A DNA stretch of 64,000 nt, taken from Macrostomum lignano (lineage: Eukaryota). Numbering within the stretch: position 1 is the stretch's first letter; every line of letters begins with the position of its first letter. The notes beneath the pieces were generated by a model. The model was not told the DNA's origin and did no database searches. It was given only the letters and a program-made list of their open reading frames with translations. Positions 23,801 to 34,147 of this stretch are shown piece after piece. Location of the stretch: positions 1-64,000 of the forward strand of contig NIVC01001718.1 in assembly GCA_002269645.1 (NCBI GenBank). Direction: 5' to 3'. Both the position numbers and the translations under genes were made by a program.

Positions 23801-26578
23801 ACGACGACTGAGCCGACGGCTACGGCTGCCAGCGATGAGGCGTGCTTCACGTGTTGCGTCTCGCCCTACAGCCAAGAGTCGCCTGGGCTAGGCAGTGGAG
23901 GCATGTGCACTGCTCCATCTGCGGAATTTTCTGTCAAGAGAGCGACGATGAGAACTTCGAAACGAGATCAACGGACGTACGCCGACGTTGCGAGACAAAG
24001 TCCCTCGGAGCGACCTAATCCTGATGCCGACAAGACGGTGCCGTGTGATCGACCTGGAGCCATTAAAGCGGAGACTGCGGGAGTCATGACCCCTCAGCCA
24101 TGCCGCGCCGTGCTCACTGATTTTCTGAAGCTGCCGATGACTCGCCAACAGTTCGTTGACGCCCAGCGCGCTGACCGAGCCATCAGCTACGTGCTCAACC
24201 TAGTCAAGGACGAAGCCCCGAAGCCTGAGTTCGACGCCCGGTTGCGCCTGACGAAGGAGCAGCGGAACCTGCTCGGATACTACGAGAACCTGCAGGAGGA
24301 CAACGGCCTGCTGCTGATTGACCTGTCCGATGGCCAGCAGCCGCCAAAGGTTGTTCTGCCTGAGGCCCTTGACGCCCAGGTGCTCCAGGAGCTCCACAGT
24401 TCGCCACTGTGTGGACACCTCGGCGAGACGAAGACGTTACTGCGGCTACGAGAACGGTTCTGGAGACCCGGATTAGCCCGTGCTACCAAGACCTTCATCA
24501 GTAAGTGCCGCACCTGCCTTGAAAGTAAATCGCGACGGCGAGAGAGAGTTCCGGTCCAGAGCTTCCCAGTTTGCGAAGTTCTGGGTAGAATCCACTGTGA
24601 TGTAGTAGGACCAATCGCGCAGAAGAGCAAGAGCGGCAACCGCTACATCCTGACCTTGTGCGATGTGACGTCGAAGTATCCATTCGCCTACCCGATGAGA
24701 AACCAGAAAGCCAAAACAGTCATCAAGCTTCTGCAGGAGCGCTTCATCCCTGAGTTCGGTGTACCATGCTGGATCCACACCGACCAAGGCACCAACTTCA
24801 CCGGCTCGGCCTTCAAGAAGTTCTGCGACCTGTTTGGCATTCGGCATACGACAACAACACCGTACAATCCAGCTTCCAATGGACAAGTCGAGAACCTCAA
24901 CAAGCAGCTGAAGAGTGTCCTCACCTGTCTGCTCGAGCGCAACCACAACGACTGGGACACCTTCCTCCCGGCCTGTCTGATGGCTCTCCGCTCCAGCGTG
25001 CACCCGGTGACCGGTTTCACGCCTCACTACCTGATGTTCGGCCGTGACTTCCGACTCCCGATCGACAACGCGCTGAAGAAGCTGCCCGAGTATGCCGACC
25101 TGCCCGACTACGTCAAGGACTTCCAACGTCGCCTGGACGAGGCGACTGAGCTAGCCAAGGAGCGCCTGCATCTGCACCAGCAACTGCGAGTCGAGCACTA
25201 CTCGAACCTGCCCGCCGCCAAGAAGCTTCAACCCGGTGATCTGGTCTTCCTCAACAATCCGGTGCTTGAACCGGACGAGGCGGCGAAGTTTCATCGACCG
25301 CGCAAGGCACTGTACGAAGTCGTCGAGCCTAAGGGCGAGGTTGTCTACAAGATTCGACGGAGACTGCCCAACCCGAGAGCTAGACGAGACGAACTAGTCG
25401 TCCATCGCCGGAACCTTCTGCTCGTGCCTGACGCTGACTACACGAGAACTTCGGACCCTGAAGTCGACAAACCGAAGAAACGCTGGCGGCCGCCCGACGT
25501 CCCCGACGGCGCAGGACCCGCGACCCTGACACCAATCCCCGAGGACGACCAGGACGACCCCGACGATGACGATGATTACGGCTACGACGCAAGGCCGGCC
25601 TTCCGATGGCACTTCCGGCCTTTGGCAATCCCGGAGGTGCAGCCAGGAGGTGGACCGGTCACGACACCAGCGAACCAGGCAAGTGCACTTCGGCGTGAGC
25701 CAGTGCCGTATGGTGAATGTCATTTGCACGAGCCTGTTCTTGATGCGTCTATGCCTGCTGTTTCTTTTCCGCCCGTTTCTGCTCCCGCCCCCAGTGCTGC
25801 TTTTTCTGTGGTCCAGACCCCTGGGCCGTCGCTATGCACCACTCCGGTGGAAGCGCCATTAGGAACTGTTGATGCCGGTAGGCCGGCTAGGAATCGTAGG
25901 CAGCCTGAGAGGCTGATTATTAATCCTAGGGCTAAGACTTATGATAGCCGCACCGCCCGCATCCGCGCACAAACTAAAACGAATTTCAGCGCAGAATGCA
26001 ACCGCGCCGTATTGCTAAGCGCACTGAGCGCTCGCCGTCTACTGAGGCTCGCCTCAATCGACCCCGTTACTATGTCGAACCGGGGCCTCCGATCGGCGCA
26101 GCGGCCGGCCAGCTCGAATCTGGCGAGCACCGAGAGGCTCATCGCATCGCATTCCTCCCCAGCTCCGGCTCGGCTTCCGCCAGGACTGCGGAGCTACGCC
26201 GCCGCCGGAGGAGAACCACCGCCCGTCAAGAAGGCGCAGACGTCGACGCCGACCGGGGCACAACCGGACCGCCGGTGCCGAGGGGACGCCCTCGGAGAAC
26301 CCAGCCGTCGTCCGTCGTCTGGCGCCAACCTCATCAGGAGGACAGGTGGCTGCGTCAACAGCCAGCACGGACGCGGTCGCCCAAGGAATCGCGGCAATCC
26401 GACGTCAGGTCGAGGCCGACCAAGCACGCGAGGCTGCAGGGACCAGCCGGGAGCGACCCAAGCCCGCCACGACCGACACCAAGCCCGAAGCCAAGGGGCA
26501 GCGCCGACCGCGAACCGCCGCCCCCGTCTGCATCGACCTGACGGGTTTGGACTCACCAACGGCCAAGCCGACGCCTAA
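20700..26578 (+). CDS. Element A pol (PR, RT, RNase H, integrase) with a single 1-nt frameshift at ~22545
   Basis: LLDNGS protease site, LDLAQGFWQI, YMDD, TDAS..KELLAI..DH..NADALSR, HHCC zinc finger, D-D-E core (HCDVVGP, HTDQG, GQVE), GPY/F-like KLQPGDLV. Confidence 0.93.
20721..20727 (+). other. -1 ribosomal frameshift heptamer G GGA AAC (gag-pol, element A)
   Basis: X XXY YYZ in the gag frame inside the gag/pol overlap; pol is in the -1 frame. The same heptamer occurs in element B at 30040-30046. Confidence 0.75.
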
Positions 26579-27362
26579 GACTCAACCAGCCACCCCGGTC
26601 AACAAAGAGTCGGTCGCCGAAGCCCTGGCCGCTGTGCGACATCGGCTGTCACCCAGACAGCCAACGCCACCTTCAACGACCAAGCCGAAGCACCGAGACC
26701 CGCGGCCGGAGCCGGCCGCCGGAGGCGCCACGACATGGGCGGAGGATGATGCCGCCCCATTTTTTCTTTGTAGGGTCGCCGGCCAGGACCACCATCTGGA
26801 GCCAGCCTCACCGCCGCGCGACGACCAGACGTGGCTGCCCACGGTCCCTGAGACCGAGCCTCCGACCGAACCGAGAACCACCGAGGCCGCCTGCCAGACG
26901 GAGGACCATCCCGCCGAGGCGGCTGTCCTTAACGACCTGGCTGCGGAACTGAGGCAGGCCCTGGCCCCCAGCGACACAGCCCCGCCGCCGCCGCCTAACT
27001 CGCCCGAGCCCGATGACGCGGAAGAAGACCCAGCACCTGCAGGCCTCTCGCCAGCCGTGCAAGCCGCCGTCAACCGCTACATTGAGGCGGTCTACTTTAT
27101 TGCACAGCAACTGACGGCCGCGGCTCAGTTAAATCGCCTGCCGAACCTCGCGGACTGGCCGCGATGGGCATGCCTCCGCGCTCTTACTGATGATGATCGG
27201 CAGAGGCTGCTGAACGAGGCAGCCCAACTCGCCGAGCCCACGCTCAGACGACCACCGCACCCCGAGACAGCGCGCGTTGTAGCTCAGCTAATCGCTGGGC
27301 AAATTGCTGGGCGCACACCGGCAGTACCCGAGATCATAATGAACTGCGGCAGGGCGGACTGA
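25996..27362 (+). CDS. Element A putative third ORF of unknown function (clear frame 26046/26346-27362; N-terminus possibly from ATG 25996 via frameshifts)
   Basis: At least 338 open codons between integrase and the PPT, Pro/Ala/Thr-rich with a helical-looking C-terminus. No obvious TM segment or signal peptide. Confidence 0.55.
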
Positions 27363-28643
27363 TTGATTGTAGGAAGCAGCCTAGTGCGAAACCTTTCGGC
27401 GCCATTGACTTAGCGCCCGTAGCAGCTGTGCGCTGTATGTGCGAATTTTGCGCAATCGCGCCATTTTATTTTCTCCTTTTGTGAGCAGCATTTGCCATTT
27501 GTGCTAACCCTTTGAAGGCCTTTGGCCAGTCCCTCGCTTTTCTTCCCCAGGGCTCTGCAAGAACTCCCGCATCCCTTTGTATTTAGGCGCTTCTTGCTTT
27601 CTTGGGGCTGGCGCCCCCGTCTGCATTTGGTGTGTTCCACTAATACTGTATGGGGCAGTTTTACGGCCCTCGCCCAGCCGCGCGTTTAAGCCCGATTGCG
27701 GCCTCTATTTTTACGTCCCCATGCCTGCTCAGGTATCCCCTTTCTCCCCCACGGGCTCTGCTATTATTTAAAGCACCCCGGTATTTAGGCCCTGAGTTCA
27801 TGCGGGCAGGCGCCCCCGCCGTGCGTTTAGGGTCGCAATCATGGGCCTGACCCACCCTCTTCTGCTGCCATGCCAATTTACCATCTCCTTGCCAACCAAA
27901 ATTTTATTTTATTACATTTTGCAGTTTACCTTTTAAATAAAGGCGCGCTCCGCCTTCACTCCGCCTCTTTATTTGAACGGGGAGAGTGTAGTGAGCCGCT
28001 AGTTTATGGTTAGGCGTCGCCCTTGTTAGCCGTTCCCTTGCCCTCCCTTTGGGTTGCTGTCTGCCGCTGGTCAGCTTCGCGCCCTCCTTTCGCTTGCCTG
28101 TTGCCCCCGTGTCCTTTCCGCCCTGCTGCGTTTCCGTTCTCAGCCCTCAGTCTCTCGACTGTGGGCTGTCTCTGTTTCGCTTCCGTCCTGTTTTCCTCTG
28201 TCATGTGAGCAAGTCGCATGACAGTTCTTGCGTTCTTTGAGTCTTAAAGTGCAGTAAACATGTTTACTGCACTCGCTGCCCCTGTTTACCGGGTGAGTCA
28301 CGTGCTTTCGGACCCCTCCCTTCTCTAAGGAGAGGAGTGACTCATGTTGCTAAAAATAGCAACTGAGTCACAGCTGCGTGTACTCTGGCCGGGGCCTCAA
28401 GTGACGTCAGTTCTAAAAATAGAACAAGTCACGAGGTCTTCCGCACGCTTGTACCCTGCCCAAGACTCTCGAGTGACATCAGTTCTAAAAATAGAACAAG
28501 TCACGAGGTCTTGCGCGCGGGTGTTTCCCGGCTATAAATAGGAGCTCTCTCCCCCTTGTTTCCGTCAAGGAGTTCTTGAATCCCGAGTTCTAAGACCCGT
28601 GTGCGTTAGCATCTGAACTGAGCGCCCGACTGAGCGCCCTGAA

Positions 28644-31600
28644 TCTACAACGCCGGCGGCAATTCAAACAAGGAATCCGCCCCACCTCACTGGTGTCAGC
28701 AAATTTTCGAAACCGAGAGTTTCCAAGAGAATTCTTTTCCACCCCCACCTTATTGGTGTCAGCCAAGTGGGATTACGAAACACCGAAATCCCTTCAATGG
28801 GTCGTTCAAAATTTACGTTATGACTTCGACAACTAACTCAACGGCCTCGGATGCGACAACCGACACTGCGGGCCCCGACAACTCAACTACTAGGCCGACC
28901 TACGACGAGATGATTCGAGCAGTGACCGAAGAGGTGAGACGGCGACTGGAGCAGGCCAACTTGGGACAGCCACAGCACCATCACCACGTGTATCAGCCGC
29001 CCCAACAGCCTGACCGAGCTCTAGCGCCTAAACCGGTTAAGATTCAGCGGTACACCCCGAACCAGGACTTTGACGTCTGGATCCAGGCTCTCGAGGAGCG
29101 TTGCAAACTCAACGGGATCGTGGACGACAGACGTAAGAAGGCGGAAGTCTTGCTGGAGTACCGTGAGCAATTCCGGTGCTGCCAGCAAGGCAAGAATGAG
29201 AGTGTGGATGACTATGGCAATCAATTAATTGCTCTGGCCGATAGAGCGTTCCCACACTTCACCCTGGTTTAGAATCAGGCTAAGCTAGTGGACCAGTTCA
29301 CCGTGGGAGTGCAAATTGCCCAGTCAGCGAGTGAACAGCTAATCCTGGTGCGACCGCAGAATCTGACCGCAGCAAGAAGGGCTGTGCTACGCCTGGAGAC
29401 AGCAGCTAGTCTGGCTCAGAGGGTAGCACCGCCGCCAGCAGCGAGACATGTTCGGGTTCTTGAGGATGACGATGGTCAGTCACCAACTGGAGTGCAACAC
29501 GACAAGTCATCTGGGCCCAAGGAGAATTAGTTGCGCAAAGTGATGGAACAGCAAACTGAGACACTACAAGAGCAGCGACGTCTACTAGAAGCTTTGAGCA
29601 ATGAGCTACGAGAGTTCCACTTGCTGGGATTGCGCAATAACGACACCCAGGAGCATTGGGAATCTGCTTGCCACCAGCCGCAGGACTCTCGGGGCCAACG
29701 CAACAGATGTTTGGTGCCCTCGACTCCTCGCCGCAGTGCCGAGGAGAGCGCCCAATTCAAGACCCCCGGCACACGGATTGTGCAGCACGAGCAGTTCCAT
29801 TGACTTCAGCAACCACGAGACGGCAGCAACCCGCCGCCAAGGATGCCGCCAGCAGGAGGTCAATGTCGACAGCAGCAGCAGCAGCAGCCGCAGTGGCAGC
29901 AACAGTCGAGTTCACGCCCGCCGCCCTATCAGCTGCGGCAACAGAGCGCTATGTGTTACAGGTGCAATCGCGAGCACCGCGCCGATGAGTGCCCGCACCG
30001 GCGGTCGGCCAGCACCGCGCCCCAGCGCAATGGCAGCTCGGGAAACGAGACGGCTGGACGCGCCAACGGGGGCAGCGCCATCCAGCAGCCGAGCCAGCAC
30101 TAAGGTCCCCGCCGAGGACTTTAGTCGCTCAGCAGGCCACTGCTGAGACCGCCTCCACTGCACCTGTACAGAACTCTGCACCCAAGCGACCCCGTAGAGA
30201 TCCGTTTCTAACTGGTGAGATTCAGGGTCGTTATTTTGCTTTTCTGCTTGACACCGGCTCCAAGTGCGAAGTCCTAGGATTCAGCACCTGGCACCGACTA
30301 TGTACCAATGACCCGACCCTGCGTGGCCAAATCGAGCCCTGCCTGCAACGCATTGTGACCTACAATGGAGAGCCTATTCAAATGGCAGGCCAACTATCAA
30401 TCAAAGTTAAAATTGGAAGTTTCGAGCCTACAGTCAAGTTTCTGCTAGCGAAGGGATCTCATGACAACATCCTGGGCTTCGAGTTCCTGGAGAAGTACAG
30501 TACATCACTGGATCTCGCCGCCGGGATGCTATTTTTCAAAGATGGCACTGCCGCACCACTGCGCTATACGCGAACCGAAGCTACCACGTGCAGAATCTAC
30601 ACGGCTGAGAGCAAAACCGTGCCGAGAGTACAACTTAAAAGTTTCATCTGCACGTGCGCTTACTATGCTAAATTCGTACCTGGCTACGCAGAACTTTCAG
30701 CTCCGCTCCACGACTTAATTAAGGAAAAGTAGATTAGAAATTTCAATTGTCTATGGGGAAAAGCCCAGCAAGACACATTCGATCAGCTCAAAGCAGCTAT
30801 GACTTCGACAACAGTGCTCGCGTATCCACAGTTCAGCGAGGATCCTAACGTAATGTTTGTCCTGGACACGGATGCCTCTGCGTCCAGAATCGGAGCCTGC
30901 CTAAGCCAACGCCAAGCTGACGGGATCGAGCGCCCAATTGGCTATTTCTCCCGGCGACTCAAACCGGCTGAAGCGCGATATCCAATTACTAAGCAAGAAC
31001 TCTTGGCAGTCGTAGATGGCATGCGACATTTCCGCTTCTACCTGCTGGCCAAGAAGTTCATTTGTCGAACCGACCATGCAGCGTTGACATGGTTTGACAA
31101 CAAATAGGCATCTTCGGACAATGGCTATAGTGGCTAAGTGAATTTGAGTTCGAGATCCAGCATTGCAAATCGAGTCAGCATCAAAACGCCGACGGTCTCT
31201 CGAGACGGCACGAGGACGACGCCGAATGCTTGGAGGAGGCTTAGCGCGAGGCAGCTGATGAGGACCAAAGTAAGCAGCCAGCCGCGATAACTGGCGCAGC
31301 GGCGCCGAAGGTCCACGACAGCAGCCACTCTAGTCCTCCACCGAGCAAGAAGCTGTCGACCCACCATAAGCGACAGAAACCGCCAACTAAGCCTAAGGAG
31401 TCCAACGGCAAGGCTACGCCACTAGCAACACTGACAGCCGACAGCAAGCCACTGACAGAGCTGCACCCGCCGGCGACGAAGCCGAGGCCATCAGCCAGCC
31501 GTTACGATGACTCACAGAGGTCGCCTACCAGTTTCAGTAGCACAACATGTTGCCCGACTAGGAGCCGCCGACTACTAGCTGGAGACGACATGGACAGCGA

Positions 31601-34147
31601 CCACAGCGCAGCCAGAGACGACAGCTGCCAACCCGCTCGCTGCCTGAAGTTCGAGAAAAGAGTGAGATTCAGCAGCGGCGCGGACAGCTCTGCTGACTCA
31701 TCATCATCTGCTGACAAATCTGAATCCGACAACAGTGACACCAAAGCTACCAACGAGGATCGACCTTCGGGCACATCAACGACCCGGCAACCGGCCAGAG
31801 TAGCGATCGTGCGGAGGGAGCTCCAGACCCCGAACCATGCCGCCACAGCCGAAGCCGCGCCGACTAATTTGACTAACCGATGCCCAACACTGAATCTAAC
31901 TGATCACATCCCGAGGCCAGTCACACGTGAGGAGCTCCAGACTCACCAGCGTGCTGACTCTGCCATCGCCATGATGATCAATCTTTTGGAAAGCCGACAG
32001 CTGAAGCCGCCATTGAATCAGCGATTAAATATGACACGAGACGAATGAAATCTATTAGCGTTCTACGAACAGCTCGAAGTCCGAGACGACGGACTACTGG
32101 TGATACATCTCGACGATGTTGGCGAGGAAGAAACGGCATGGATCGTCCTGCCGAAGAGTCTCGACGCCACGGTGTTCGCTGACCTCCACGGTTCGCCCTA
32201 CTGCGAACACATGGGCCGAGACCTCACCATCGCGAAGGTGCACGAAAGGTTCTGGCGACCTGCCCTGGCCAAGGCAGTGTCCGACTATGTTGCTTCCTGC
32301 CAGACCTGCACTCAAAGCAAAGGACGGTGACAAATTCCGGCGCATGTACAGTCGTTTCCGGTCTGCAAAATCTATGGGCGATGTGCAATCGACATCCTGG
32401 GCCCCACTGGAGACCCGACGGACCGAGGAAACAAGTACATCTTGACCTACGTCGATACTACATCGAAATACCCCTTTGCCTTTGCCATGAAGAATCAGCG
32501 GGCCAAGACCATTATAACGCTCCTGCAGGAACAAGTGTTTCCGATCACCGGAATCCCGGCATGGATTCACTCCGATCAAGGGAAACAGTTTACAGGACAC
32601 GAGTTCCGGCATTTCTGTGAAGTATACGGCATCCGGCAGACCACGACACCGCCGTATTTGCCCTGGGCCAACGGACAAGCTGAGTCGTGCAATAAGAACA
32701 TCAAGAAGGTGCTCACTTGTCTCCTAGAAGACCATCAGCAATGGGACAAGATGCTGCCAGCCGCTTTGACAGCGTTAAGATCAGCAGTCAATCGTACCAC
32801 CGGGTTCTCGCCGCATTATGTCGTCTATGGAGTGCCCTACCAGTATCCGATCGATAACACCCTAGACCGACTGGATGTTTCAGCTGATCTCCCGGAGTAC
32901 ATCGCCAAGCATCAGCGCAGACTGGCCGAGACAGAGAGGATTGGACGACAACGCCTGCGAGCCAAGATCCAGCGCCGAGAGGAGTAGTACGAGAACAGGC
33001 CAAAGCCCGTGGAGCTGCAGCCCGGAGACTTGGTCTGCCTGGCCAACCCGAAGCTCAAACTGGGAGAGCTGCCCAAGTTCCACCGGCTGTACAAAAGTAT
33101 GTACAAGGTCGTCAAGAAAGTCGGAGAAGTGGTGTATTGGATCAAGCCAGCGACAGCCTACCGAGGACGCCCAGCTGAAATGCTAGTTCATTGTAACAAC
33201 ATCATCAAGGTGCCGCAGATGATGGCAGATCGACCACAGGAGCCGCCTTGCCAGACAGAGCGGCCAATGCTGCCCTATGAGTCAAGCAAAGACAGCGAAG
33301 TTGACCCAGCCAATCAGCCTGCGCCAGAGCAGCCGGCCACAGCTCAACCTGACCTGCGAGGCAGTCAGCTGTTCGAGCCCAGCTTGCGCCACCCTGAGGT
33401 GCTCGCTGAAGGCGACCCGAACCTGCCTGACATTGGCATGGAGATGGAGCTCTAAAAGGTAATTACCAGCGATTTATTATTGCACCTAATAGCTAAATTA
33501 CTGATGCACATTACTATGAGTAGCTAAGTTTGTGAATGCGTTCTGAATTAAAATTTTGCTGTAAGCTTTCTCTGCACCTGTTCTGTGCTGAAAGCAGAAT
33601 TTCAATTTTCCCCATTCAATTTTCCGTTTCCTTATGCTTGAGGGATAAAAGCAGCATTAGTTTGCAAATATCAATAATATTTAATTCAGTTGTTCAGAAT
33701 CGAAGCCTTTAGTTTTCTATTGAGTCATTTGCCTGTGGGGCATAAAATAACCAGTCAGTCTCAACTCAAAGAAAGCTCTGAGACCCTCAATGTTCCGTAA
33801 AATGACATTTACGATGGTGGCAGCGCTACTTTACTACTGAGAGTAACACAACTAGCAATCTTGACGAATTACGAGTTTACGGTGTCTGAGGACCCATTCT
33901 GAATGACTCGGGCTACTACTAGACCACTCGACTGCGATTACGACTACCCTCCCCCCGGAATTGAGGACCTGGCAAATGGAGTAACCAAGGAGAAGAATCA
34001 GCGCATCAATTTGTGCATTTTCCGGCTTTATTTGTGCTTCTACAACGCCGGCGGCAATTCAAACGAGGAATCTGCCCCACCTCACTGGTGTCAGCAAATT
34101 TTCGAAACCAAGAGTTTCCAAGAGAATTCTTCTCCACCCCCACCTCA
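28644..34147 (+). mobile_element. Ty3/Gypsy element B, defective and RT-deleted (5' LTR remnant 28644-28752; PBS 28754-28773; gag from 28820; pol fragments to 33455; 3' LTR ends 34147)
   Basis: 109-bp direct repeat 28644-28752 vs 34039-34147 (5 mismatches). CYRCNREHRADEC knuckle, LLDTGS protease, TDAS RNase H, HHCC and HSDQG/NGQAE integrase. No YXDD domain and many stops. The 3' LTR start is not resolved. Confidence 0.9.

Larger units (their letters stand above)
18665..28631 (+). mobile_element. Ty3/Gypsy LTR retrotransposon A (5' LTR 18665-19603; PBS 19605-19624; PPT 27975-27986; 3' LTR 27987-~28631, truncated)
   Basis: The 5' LTR is bounded by TG..CA and the LTRs are near identical over the shared part. 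gag then PR-RT-RH-IN order. Polypurine tract GAACGGGGAGAG directly precedes the 3' LTR. Confidence 0.96.

Noticed and set aside
26346-27362. env gene
   Set aside because: No signal peptide, furin site or transmembrane segment is visible.
19573-33145. Many minus-strand ORFs over the Gypsy elements
   Set aside because: They are antisense shadows of GC-rich coding sequence with no independent features.
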